From Spironucleus salmonicida (taxonomy: Eukaryota), in contig NC_090600.1 in assembly GCF_000497125.1 (NCBI RefSeq), positions 1,323,197 to 1,387,196 of the forward strand: DNA of 64,000 nt, written 5' to 3'. Below are positions 1 to 14,146 of the stretch, one piece after another. The first letter of the stretch is position 1. Every line of letters starts with the position of its first letter. The notes beneath the pieces are model-generated. The model searched no databases. It saw only the letters and a program-made list of their open reading frames with translations, and was not told the origin of the DNA. A program made the position numbers and the translations under genes.

Positions 1-3000
1 TATAGAACTGATCCGTGTCGGAAATAGATTTAAAAAGGTTCCCAAATTGAATTGATAAAGTGTTGTATTGTTCCTTAGTTTTCTCAATTGAGCTATTAAT
101 AGTATCCAATTCTTGCATTTTAGTCTCTATTTTCTGTTTTGTTTCGATGCAATCTTTCAGCTCATTGATGATTGTTAATCCCGCGCTATTTAAATCTTTT
201 TAGAAATCAAATGAAACTAGTTATTGAATTAGTTATTAGCTTATACTTTATAATTACACTGAGTATTACGCTTGTTCTTTTATTATTTATAATCGTTACT
301 ACTCTATACTAGGGTTAATAGCTTCTATTATCGTGTTTTATATTTATTGATGCAAAGATTAACTGTCTTTAATGTAAGAAATAACTTAATAATTTACAAA
401 TATTTCAGCGCAAAGATCTGATAAACTTGTGGTTGTATTATCTAAAAATAAAATCTAAAACTAATTATTGATCTCAAAAACTTTACTATCAAAATAATGC
501 TTAGTAGTTTATTATGATGTTGAATATTAAAAAATATTTACTAAATTAAAAGAGCAAATACTAATTAATTATTTCATAAAATAAGGTAAGAACCAGTTCT
601 ATACATTTTCTATTTATATAACTACCGTTTTTGGTTAGTCTAACAAATCCAATAGCTATTCCAGCATTGAATCATCATTTAATTTGATAAATGTTAATTA
701 TAATGATAACGCAGCCTTATTGAATACTAAATCTGGATCAATAATATAAGGACAATGAGTGATACAAGATAAAGATAGCATTGCACTGAATGTAACTTAA
801 TCCCCAAACAAACCATTTAACTTCCACTATGCCTGTTGCTCTTAATCTGCAATAAAAGAATAAACCTTAAGGTTATTTATATTAGCGACATTTTTAAATT
901 CAAGCTCATTTAAAATAAACTTTGTCATAACCTGTTCTAAAATCACATATTCTTAGCTGAATTATATCATTGTATAAACAGAACCTATCAAAGCCAATAC
1001 ACTTAATTGCTCAATATCTTATTTACAACTTGTAAAATCAGCTTTCCATTAAGAGTCTTATTTCTAAAGTAAAACATTAAGTTACTCTATAATACTTAAT
1101 TTTTGGATTAACTCTTACATTTAATGTTCTAATCTTAATTTTTAACCATTTGCTACATCAAGAGACTTTTTTACTTTTTCCATTTTGTCCGTTAAATTGA
1201 CAATTTCTTCTTTCTTTCTAATAAGTGATTCCTAATTTTCCTTAAAGCTTACTTTGGCTTGATCTAATCTGTTTATTCTTGGTTAAATATGTTCAAAAGC
1301 AGTAGTATAGTTTATAACAGCTATACACCATTATGCTAAAGTAGCAGCGGCTTAACTTATAGGGGTTATTTTATCTAATCTAAAATCACTACCACTGACT
1401 ATTTACTTAAATTACTTAAATTATCTAGGAGGTACTTATAATGGCTTTAAATTCATAAGCTGAGATATTAATGATCCTGAGCTTAATAATAACTTAGCAC
1501 TTTACCAAGTTGGAGTCTCATTAAGAATAACACACAATGCATTCATAACTAAAATAATATGTGCTTTTGGATTTGTAAAAGATGAAATTTCTGCTATTTC
1601 TGATCTAGATATATGCTTTAACGCATTTTCAGCTTTTTAAAGTATAGGCATTACTTCATCTAAATCTGATTACGATTATTTTAGCTCAATATCTATAGAT
1701 TATCCTTAAACTTGCAATGATCTCTCCTCTGATTAAACTAATGCCTACGAGGTTGTAATTTCAAGCTACTGCTATTATAAAGTGATTAACAACATATCGG
1801 TATTCGATTATAATAATAAAACTTATGGTTATATTATTTCTAACTCTTTTTAAATAATAAGAGTCTGTTTTTATCCATCGTCAAATAGTTCAATACCTTT
1901 TTATAGTATATTAGACTTATCGCCTAACTAATTACGCTTCATAAAATATATTTTATGATAAATTTGTAAAAACCTAGTGAAACATCCAGGCGATAATATA
2001 ATATTCTAAAACTACTTATCTGGGGAGATAACTTTTACCATCATTTAAAATGATAAAATGAAGGTATTTAATATTTTAATATTAGAACATAATTTTTTCA
2101 TCTAAATATACTTTGGTTATAAATTATTTATAGCAGAAACGGCAATAGATGAAACTGGCCAAATTTTAGCTTTTTCAATAACACATATTTTTTTGAGAGT
2201 AAGTTATCTATAAGTATCATGCTCAGGTGCTAATACAAAAATAAACATATTTATAATAATGTTTGAAATAATACTTTTTAATTAAATATCAGTAAGTTTT
2301 CCATTAATATCATAAATTAGGCGAAGATGATAAAGAACATCTGATGCTAGCTGAGGTTCTAAAGTAAATAACTAATAAAATAATCCGTGCATCATAATTT
2401 AATTTAGAGCATGCAATATTTACTCATTTTATAAAAATTCATCCGAAATAAATATAACTGCCTTCTACTTATCTTATTAAGTAACCAATCTTAGTAATTA
2501 CTGTAGTATACATGTTACTAGTTTGTTATAAAGGAAAACCTAATCCTGTTATTATTCACCAACGGAAGCAAATTTAAAAGATAGACGTTAAGCAGCTTAA
2601 CTATATATAAACTTAGTTTAATAGCCGGGTCTGTCTAATACTACAATTTTCTTATAATTAGATAAAAGAAATCCCACATAGAAAAAGCGTTATCGATTTT
2701 CTATCATCGGGGTCTCAAATAAAACACTAATTTCTGATCTATTATAAACATCCGGATAAGGCTATAATTCCTTTGGTATTATAGATGTTGAAATTATTTA
2801 ATCTTAAAATTTCTTTGAAAAATCTGCTTCAATAAACTTAAAGTATCTATCATTTATGACACCATAAAAATTATTAGCCTTTGCTATATCTATAGATAAC
2901 TTAGTAGTTAAAAATGAATTAAGTAAGTATGAGCTAGAAAGCAATAGTAACTCGCTATGGTATTTAATAGGTAACTTAAAAGTAGGTCCTTATTTAAGTT

Positions 3001-6000
3001 CTACTATTTATTAGCTTAAAATTGATTTCTAAGCAGCATCACTAATAAGTTAGTTTTGTTCTAATAAAGATATCTACATTGGACTGAAAACTAATATTTT
3101 AATTAAACTTATAAGACTTTAATATATTTGTCTCTTAAAAATTTGGTCAAATAAATTCTCGTTGTAATCTTTCAAATCATCTGCAAATGTATATTCATCA
3201 ATTTTAAATATTTATGTTAACAAATCTATAAAATACTCAAACTTAAAGTTCGATTTATTCTGAATAGATTTAATAATCAAATTAATAAAATGTGATAGCA
3301 ACGAAAACACAGGATAAATTGATTAATTGGCATGTTAAAATTTGGAGGACCCCGACCAAGTTAGTATAATCTACTAAACAAGGGTTTCATACTCATTTAA
3401 CTGATATTCTATGAAATTAACATTGTATTAGTTTTCAAATATTGAGGTTTATGACTGCATAGAAATTATAAACTTAAATTTAATAAAATTAAACTATTAG
3501 TAAGTAAAATTGTCAAAAACAATTTATTATCCTGATGATTAGATTGAATGGACAAATTGTTGAATATCTATATTCGCCAGTTAAAAATCATATAGATGTA
3601 TAACTAATGGTAATTCTTGTACTGGAATCATTACCTCTATAGATTTATTAAATAATGATAAGAAAAATTCTTTAAATAATTCAAGTGTAACATTACGATT
3701 AAATGAAAACTGAACTTTTTAATAATCCTCCTCTTATTACTAATATAACAATTAGTTGTAGTATTTAGCGTTATATCCTGTAATTAATAGAACTGACCGT
3801 TCTCCTAAATAACTATGAGCCATTAATAATTAAGTAAAAAGTCTTCTATGCTATATATTTTGAACAATTAACATATCGGTTTGCTAATCATAAAATATTG
3901 TTGCAATATTTTGCTCTGCATTGGAATTAAAGTTTGTAAGATATAATAATCTCCCCCATTTAGTATTACTATCAATTAACATATTAGTATCCTCGTGTAT
4001 TTTAAAAGGAATAAGCGACCTAAAATTGATAAATAAATCTTATGGTGATGTCAAGTTAAACTACTATAATTATAATATATCAACTAACTATTTTGTAAGA
4101 ATATCATAAATTTCTTTAAATTTATTAGACAACTAATTCATATCAATATATGCTTCAATAGTATGGAATAATGCAAAAAATACAATTTATTAGTTTTATA
4201 CAATAAGCTCATAGGATGAAAATTAGCTTTAATTACAGTTTAAATATATTTGTAATCTTACTATAGTTTACTATATAATTTAAAGCATATTAACAATTGG
4301 ATGTTTAACAACAATATCAATAATTTAGGTTAAAACCTGTGAAAATGTATCACACACACAATAGAATACGTTATTAATTGGATATATATCAAAATAAACA
4401 GATGTAACATTATCTTTCTTTTGATAACGCTTTGGTTAGTTTGATTTAACTTGTCTTTTAACCACTATATTAAGTTCTTAATCATAGTCAAACTCAATAA
4501 TAAACTATTCATAACTTTCCTTGTAAATTAATTTTAGTTATGAATGCAAATATTACCTCCAATAATCTCCATCTATACTAACTGTGATACATCGCTATAC
4601 AAATTAATCTGGAATAATATCATCAATACCAACTTCGAATATTATCCTTATATAATTTGGTATTCTTAAATTTTCAGAATTTTAAAGTTGCAAGTATCTC
4701 GAATCATCAATTGCTGACAAAAGTCTATATAGTTTATCTGAGTATCCATTAAAAATAATAAAATTAATGTTAAGTGTACTAACTTAGTTTTAGTTAGATG
4801 TATCTTTGACTTATGCATAAGCCTATCTTATAAATTATGGAATTATTCCATCAGAAAAATAACCATTTTCAATAAATCCAAATAGTTCTTTCTCAGACAA
4901 AGATTCTGGATTAATAATTATGTACTTATTAGTTTTATCAATAATACTTTGCCAAAGAACTGTTTTTCCTGATCCTTTTTTACCTCTTAAAATAACGCAG
5001 GTTCTATACCAAAGTGCACCTTCAAACTCTTAATAATGATTTAGTTATTCTTAAACTATCAATAAATTGTTTAGCAAAAGACAATGTATAAAATGATTAA
5101 TTTAACGTAATTTTTATTAAGTAATGTAAATATTAACTGCATTTTATACTTAAACAGTAAACATATCATCTTTTAGTTATCCACTTAACTATAAGAATTG
5201 ACCACTACCAGATAAAGAATCTTGTAACGAATCTTATTATTGATTAGCTTCAGATTATAATGATTTTTAAGTAATTGATTACTAAGTTTCTTAACCATCA
5301 AATAAATCATTAAGATTCATTTCATGTTCCGTAACCTTGAGATCTTCCTCTCCTAAAAAAATATTCTATTAACTGAATAGTTGGATATCAGTTTAATAGT
5401 TATGCTTTGTTAAAATAAGTTAGTTTAACAATAGTTATATGTCATATTTATATATTTCTTACTTACTAAATAATTACTACTAATTATAAGATCTCATTAA
5501 TGTAGATGCTCTTCCAGTCCTAGAAACTTTTGCTCTTAATGAAGTATTATATAATTATTTTCCACTATTTCTATTTTTAGATATTGTATTAACTATATCA
5601 TTATCAAAAATACTATTAATTAATATATTAAATTATGAATACTAAAGATTTGTATGAAACTATGGTAGTAAATATTAGAACAAACAAAACACAACACAGT
5701 ATTATTCTATATAAAAATTAAATAATTATTGTTCTTTAAGTTACTTTGCATTAGCATCTAATCTTTAGAAATATGATAATAATTTATCATTTTTAGAAAA
5801 TTTTATAAGCCACCTTTTCCAAGTAGATTATACTATGATTAAAAGCTATTTCACACATCTAAATGAATTAAATTGGTTAGATGAATCAATAAATTGATTT
5901 TTGATAGTTTTAAAGAAGAAATTAATTTTTTGAGTGAGAACTAAGAAATTTACAAATCCAAACTAAAGTAATGACTACTAAATAATAACTTACTAATCTG

Positions 6001-9000
6001 GTGCTAATAATGTAATTTACTTAAACTGATCTAAACATGAAATTAATTTTCCCCCATTTGATTTTATTGTTGCAAAGAATTAAGTTGATGGCATAAGTTT
6101 ATAAATAGTTTTATCAATACTAAATGAAAGCTAATAAGTCCTTAAAGATTGAGTAATTTACTATAAATAAATAGACAGTATACTTAAAATATCTGATTGC
6201 AACTCATTTATATCTTCAAAAAGTAAGATAGTACCTCCTAAACAAGTACCAACAATATTATTAATAAATTCTTGACTTTAAGTATTTTTAGCTATCTAGA
6301 TTGTACTCAAAAATTGTCCTTAATATGCTGCAAGATCTGATATAAAACTTGTTTTACCTTAACCAGAAGGAGACTAAATTAGAATTGGCAGTTACATAGC
6401 TAACTTTTGTTGATATATATAAATTTATTACTAAATATGACTATTGTATTAAATAGCTCTAGATTATAACCCTAAATATTCATATCCATATAATATACCT
6501 TGAGGATTGCTATAATTTAACTACTATACCAATCTAACAGATTAATTTTTATAATATATTTAATGCTATTCAAAATCAATAGTATATAGTTATTATGTAA
6601 TATGATTGTAATAATATGTTAAATAATTATGTAAATCTTTATTTTTAGAGTAAAATCCATCTAACATTTCTAATTAATTAATAATATAACAATCATTTTG
6701 CAAAAGTAATTAATACTTTTAAATGTCTAGTTTATTACCACTTAAAATAGCTTATTTTAATATCTACGCAATATATTTATAGAAAAATTAATAGAATGTT
6801 ATTAAATTTGTAATTACTATTTAAACCGTAGGTACTTTAACTTATTTTATTTTCTTAATTTCATTTTCTTACTCTTATTCTAACGTTAATATATCTTCCA
6901 CTTTAATTTCCTCTACTTTACTTTCCTAGTTGTTAAAGTTTAAATTAAAGATTTCTAATGAATAATATTTCTCAACATTATCAATAAAGAAAAGTATTAT
7001 AGCCTATCTTATAATATTAATCACCTAAATTGAATAATTTTTAGATAAGAACACTTAGATCTTTTTCTCATATTATTAAAGTTCTATTTTTTATTATTTT
7101 GCATTATATTAATCCAAACTTAATCCCATAAATTCTCTAGTTAAATACAAAAGCTCGCTAAAGCAATTATGAAATTAAACCTATAAACAAGTTTATATCT
7201 TCATTTGCAAGCTACTTAACCATATTTCTGATTAACCTCGAACACTGAAAGAAGCAATATTTAACTTTTCTCCTTCTTGTGACAGGATTCCAGTGACTAT
7301 ATATCTTTTTTAACCATCCGAATCTACATTAACCCCACCAATCAATGACTTAACATTTGAAAACATGAAGTCTAAAGCATTATTGAGTATAACCTATGAA
7401 TTCTCAAAACATTATTCATATTATTAAATTGATAATATCTACGAAAGCAATTTATTATTTAAAAAATAAAATCTGCATAGTGTTTCTCTTTTGTTTTATA
7501 AAAAACTTTCTAAAACTTTCTATATTTATTCAAACTCTGGAAATATTTTTACTTATACCACCTATGATACTTCTGCAGTACAATTTTTAACAGCGTAACA
7601 ACCACTTTCAAACATATTTTAAAGCAATTCTTAAAACTAAATAAAATATTTCTAAAATGTTCGCGTTTCCTCTGGTAAAGATTTATTTATAGGACTAGTA
7701 GTAGTACTAAAAATAGGAAATAACTAAATTACAACATTTTAACATAATATAAGAGTTTTAATTGTTTTTAATGTATCATTACTAGTTTATTAAAGCCGCA
7801 TAAGTTCATCCAATGCTAATTCAATATCAGAACTATTTAAATTTTTAAATTATGCTTAAAGTGTATGCAAATTTATTAACTAATCATTTAATTAACAATT
7901 AACAAAAGTAGCATCTGAAATAAAATTAAATTTAACTCCATCATTTTGCAGCATAGACATTTTAAACCGTAAATCATATATTACAGTTTTGATAACGGAT
8001 AACTTATCTAGTAAGGTATATTCTAATTCTGAAAGATTAGTAATTTTGGTGACTTAATCCAAATTATCAAACAAATTTCTAAATACTAATCTAGATAATG
8101 ACGTCGTAAATCTATCCATTTCTTAGAAAAGACCACCTTTTGATAAATTATAGCGAACGTATTTATAGTTTTTATAATTTTTATATTTTCGTCTTCTTAT
8201 AACTATTTCTGTTAATCGCTGTTAAAGACCCTAAATATGCATAGATAAAGTAACTATAATATTTTAATGAACTTATGCTTTATTCTATATAGCCTCAAAA
8301 TCTGTTAATTACTCTTAATCTGTATCATAGTATTTAATTTATATCATATCTTATTAATCTGCTTTTGAATCTTTTATTTGTTAATTGTCTATCAATATTT
8401 GCTCTAAGTAATCTGAAATACTTTTTCCATCATTAAAGAATTTAAGTTATTCTATTACATCTATATAAGTATCCCTTACTTCCCAACTAAAGATAGAAGT
8501 ATCCATTAATTTTAAATTTATTATTTATTTTTAAAATGTCTCTCTTCTAGGTTACAACGCAAGATAGCCATATAATAATTCTTAAATACCGTCACCATTT
8601 GCATCAAATATTGATCTATACGCGTTTGCTCTAAACTTATCTAGTAAATCAATTAGAGTTGAATTAATATTATTTTCTGGAATCGTTATCAATTATTAAA
8701 ATAAGTGCAATTCGTATGATATATCTGGAGTTGGCAAAATTTATCTAACTAAATGTTAATAATGTCTAGGCTAAAATGAAATACTTTACATTATTTCCAA
8801 GGATGTTATTGATTAAATCATTTTTTAGATTAAATTGATAACAACATCTACTTGCTAATAATTATCAAAATAATATTATAGCGCATCATTTGCCAATTCT
8901 ACAAACATTATGTTATCACAATTAATTGTAGTAAAAATTTAATCAAAATTAGTGTAGTCGTATTCTAAATTTATTTACTCTTTTTGATCAGCACGCTCAT

Positions 9001-12000
9001 TATCCAAAATTTGATTAAAAAATTTAGATACTTCATCAAAATGTTATTCTTAAAACACCATTTACGATTATTTAATATTTTATTTATAAATAAAAACAAT
9101 GAATTTTAAAGTTGAAAAGTTATAAATTTAATTTTCTAGTTGTGGAACTGTAGATATATTACCATTTTAATCAATAATTATGTCATCGATAAGTTTTAAA
9201 AATTCTTACTTACATTAAATAATTTATTCTTTAATTTATAGTATTACTTTTTCAAGAGTTACTAGATCTGTTTAAAATATTTTAGTATTAAGAAGAGAAA
9301 TAGGTAAGGCTCCATGTTACTTAATGATATTTTATAGTATTGATAACTGTTACCAATACTTTGAAAATATTGATTAAATATATTTTACAAATTTAATAAT
9401 AAAGAATATTTCTGTGTTTTGTATATTTTAGCTAATATAAAAATCGTTTGATTCAAAAAGCTGCAAACAGCGATTAAAATAAATTTCTTCATTTACTATT
9501 TCTTATAGTTGCTCCTCCATTTATTAATTTTATAAATTAGAAAAATAAATATAATTATTTTAACCAAACTCGTCAGTGTTTTGTAATAATAAATAAAGGT
9601 ACAATTGTTATTCTGATTAAATATATTTAACATTTTATAACTATACACTATCTCCTTAAATAATTAGTCGATGTTGTTTGTAAAATTGTTATTCATCAAC
9701 ATAAATATTAATATAAAAGCTTTTCTTAAGTATATCATTAAGTATTTCATATATTTGGCCTCCTAACTATGTATATAAAACAAGTAAATTGTATTTAAAA
9801 TAAGAATATAATTTAGGCTTCTTAATCGTAAAATTCATAATATGTCTTTCAAGAATCTAAAAATTGTTTTAAAAGTTTTTAAATTATTCTTTTATTGTAT
9901 TTTCTAGATTAAGATCAAATACATTCTTTAATATAGATATTGATAATTCATCTAGAATAATATTACCGGATTCATCCAGAACAGAAATTTCTTATCCAAT
10001 ATCAAACATTTTAAGTAATTTCCGTTCTGATTCTCTATATATTGCAATATCATTTCTAGATAATTCATAAATTTCAATAACTTCTTTAACACTATCTAGC
10101 ATTTTCTTATCTACTTCAATCTCTTTCACAAATGTAAATTACTATTATTATTAAGTTTTTAACTTATCAAAATTATAAACTTGACAATTAAATGGTGAAA
10201 ATTCCAAAATACGTTATATCATAACTTGTTCTTTTGTTAATACCTCTTCATCATCCTATTCTTATTCTACATTATCTTCAAATGCAACAGTAGTATCAAC
10301 ATCTTCTTTATCTTCCCCTTTTTTAGATTTTTTGTTTTTAAATTTCAATTTTTATTACATTAACTATTAAGCTTCCTGATATATTTTCTTTTAATTTTCA
10401 GCTTCTTATTTTTTAACTAAATTAACTTTTCTTATATGTTCTAATTCACTTTAAAATGAATCTTTGAGAGTTTATAATTGATCAACATCATCTGGTTTGT
10501 AGCAATATAATTTTGAAAAATCAAATAAGCAATCATCATAATCGTAGTATTATGGAACTTTTACTTCTTATGAAAATGACAATGGTACATCGGGAACCTT
10601 TTACAAGATTTCAACATAATAAACTGCTTTATCACTTAAAGTATTTGACATTTTTATGATACTTAATGGTAAAGAAAATTTAACAAAATAAGCATAGTAT
10701 ATCAATAATGGCATAATTTATTCAAATAACTAAACTGATGAAACTTAGAAGCACAAAATAGATCTTTCTACTTTTAAAAGATGAAAATTGACTAAATATT
10801 AGTTAATTTCTGCTACTCTATGTTTAAACTAATAAGGTTAAATTAATTAGATTTTATTAATATAATCTGAATCTTAAGTTTGCATTCTTTGGTGATAATC
10901 ATGATTCCATTGCGGGATTTAAAAATAATTTAAAGACTACTGCTCATTTTGAATATCTGGATCTTCAAGATTCTCATCAATAATTGTATAATTTTCAATA
11001 TTTAATAAACCAGGAAAAGTTATCTCATACAATATGTTTGTAAACCGTTAATCTTTTTATTGCCAGAAAAATATAAGTATTTCAAAAACACCATATATAT
11101 TTCCAATATCTAAGATACTATTCTATTTAACAATAACTTATGGTTTATTTTTAAACAAATGATAATTAAATTATGTAATAATCATTATAAACTATTTAAA
11201 AATACTATTAAAACCCATACTATATTCTTTAACTAAATCACATGCATGAAATATAGATTGTTTCAATCTACGAATAGATGTAATATAATCTTCAGAAACA
11301 GATAAACTATCTTTAATATTTAAACCCATAAATTCTGCTAAATTGCTTGTTCTTGTTGTTTCGGATAAAAATGCAGATAACTTCGGATATGAAAACGGTC
11401 TAATAGATCTATGAGCTATTGTTGCAATTTCTGATAAAGCATCACCTATAAAATCAATAAAATCTTACCTAGAAGGTACAGTGGTAAATTCTGCATTTGT
11501 AATTTATACTTCAATATGGAATAATGGATATGGTGGAAATTAATTATTCATTAATGCAAGTGGAATATTTAAAAATTTATATTTAAATTCAACGAGTTCT
11601 TGGTATTCATCATTAGTTAATATTTAATATAAGTATGTCATTAAGTTTTTAGAATTAATTTCCGCTGATATTGGATTTTATCCATAGTCACCTCTATCAC
11701 CTCCAAATTAATCTTTTTTGTTATGCCTATCAAATTTAAACTGATAAATTTCGCGGGGTTCATCTAGTTCTTGGGATGCAATTAATGCAAGATTAGGAAT
11801 ATTTCTTATAAAAATCTCAAGAAGTTAAAAATCAGTTTTATAATTATTATCAAACATTTAGCTGTATTCATGTTTACTAGTTGTATTCTTTCTATATTAT
11901 TCCATAATTATTCTATCTTCATCCGAAAGTTAAGTAAATTATTCTTAAACCTCATCTTTTACTGTTTTTTTAATAGGAAGTTATTATACACCAAAAAATA

Positions 12001-14146
12001 AGTAATATAAATAAGCATTTAAGTCAACTAATTTTTCTAAAAGAACCTCAGCAAGAATATAATCTGAACTTTTAATGAGAGACTTAATCTTAGTCATATT
12101 AAATGTTGTGGCATTGCTGATAGCTGATAATATAGCATTAGATGATTTCTCAACGTTTTTAGATTTCGTTTTATTGGAAGTAGCTAATTATCTAGCTTAA
12201 ATATTTTGTGCCACAGTCCTACAAACAGAAAGTAATATTTCTGATATTTGCTCTACCTTTAAGGATATAAAATCATTAACTTTTTATAAATTATTATTCC
12301 AATTATTAACAAATTAAACTAATGTTATTATAGATCTATCTGATGATGTATAATATTTAAATTTATATTTCTCATTGCCTTTAAACATTTAAGCTACATA
12401 TCCGTTTGATTATTCAAATGTATAGAGTTTATAATTACAAATATCCAAATCAAACAATATACCTCTAATAATATATGATACCTAACTCATTGGTTGCTAA
12501 AAAACTTTATTCGCTTGCAGGGATAGTCTATTTATTGCTGCAAATGCTCTTGTCTTTCTGATGTGCTTAATTTAATTATTCCACATAAAAATACATTTCC
12601 TAAGTCTGAATTCTCTAAAATAACGAAGTTTTCTTAATTATAAGAATAATTTTCTCTCTTACGCCCATTGATCTAAAGGAGTAACTATAGTCTACTGTTA
12701 ATTATCCTAAAATTCAGTTATTCCTTCTCCAGAAATAGTATAATAGGTATTAACATCAATTTAATTATATGCACATACAATAAGTTCATAACAATTTTAA
12801 TGAGGATCTGATTTTTTATAAGAAAATTTTTACTAATTCATACCATCAACTAATTATAATGTTTGACTAATTTGCTTGTTTTTACTTAAATACTCTTATG
12901 TTATATATCTTCTAATTTCTGGAGTATCAAATGTAAGATATACAAATTCTGATTGCAATAAAGTATTAGCTATAATATCTGGTGACGTTTTGAGAAGCTG
13001 ATGATATTATTCTTTTATATTTTCATAATATTTCTCTCCTTATAATTAAGCTTAGTACTGCAATGCATAAGAAAAATGTACATTTTTAGAAATAAATATG
13101 TCCTTCAGTTGTTATATTCTTTCTTCCTACGAAATTTGATCATTATCAATAATATTTTCTAAAGTAATTCGTTCTTTAATACAATTGAAAATTGGTAGAA
13201 CATCATCTACAGAGATAATTATACTTTCAATCAATTATTTATGTGTTAATTGTTCTTTAATTTTTTACTAATCTTCCTATGTGCTTTATTCAAAGTAAGA
13301 TTAATTCTATTGAACTGTGATAGAATTATCATCTTATAATAGATTCATATCTTCACTTTATTATATTGAAGATTTAGATCTAAGAGGCTTATTAGTTGCT
13401 GTTCCTGCTCTCGCTTTAACAATCCAATCATTTAATGCATATTTTTACTGTTTTCCATCATTAATCTCAACTCTTTAAGGTGTTTATTTTTACATAATTT
13501 TCTTAGTCATTATCTTTCTATCTAATTGTTTAGCATAACTCGAGAAACTTTATTGTTATTTTATATTTTATAATTAAATTTTTGAGTTTTCTTCCAATCG
13601 TTTTGTCATATCCATTGTATTTTCCTTTTTCTACAAATTTGATGCATATTTAAGAGTGTCTGATTTTTAAATATGTGATACTGGTCTTGGTAATTCTAAT
13701 GTTTAACCTTCAACAGATAGTTAGAAATTTTCAACTTGGTCAACTCTCCCTATTTAAGGTTTTAGGACTCTACGCTATTTAAGCATATTAACAAGCTCAC
13801 CACTTTATTAATTAAATTCTGACCTATCCACTAATGGCTTACGGTTCATATAAGCAGTTTCATTAGTTAATTCAATTGGAAGCATAAGCCCACCTGTATG
13901 ATATTATTTTAAATTAATTTTCATATTAGTTGCCTGTTTGGTTTCCATTTGTTATATTGCATATGCTGGAGGCGGCGATGAATATAATTTTTACTCTGGA
14001 GAAGGAGCAAATTATGGTTAGGTTGATTATGGTCTTTATGTAAATCTAGTCGATGTTGAAGCTTAAGTATTATAACTTGACAGACGTCCGGTATGGGATT
14101 AAGGCCTTATTAAAGATTTATCTATATTTTATTCTATAAAAGGCAT
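1..14146 (-). CDS. Axonemal inner-arm-type (DNAH6-like) dynein heavy chain, very large and divergent; 3' end lies outside the window
   Basis: Code-6 frame from ATG 14146 (MPFIEQNIDK...). The same frame was confirmed by spot checks, not codon by codon: DNAH6-like tail motif (TPLDQWAQERKLFLQLRKLRYFREFRLRK, ~12600-12690), AAA1 P-loop SPSGQGKT (~6350-6373), AAA2 GKKGSGKT plus INPESLSEKELFG (~4880-4990), stalk/MTBD LDEVMPILQKAENALKHISRSEIAEISSFTNP (~1570-1660), and the window edge. Confidence 0.9.
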
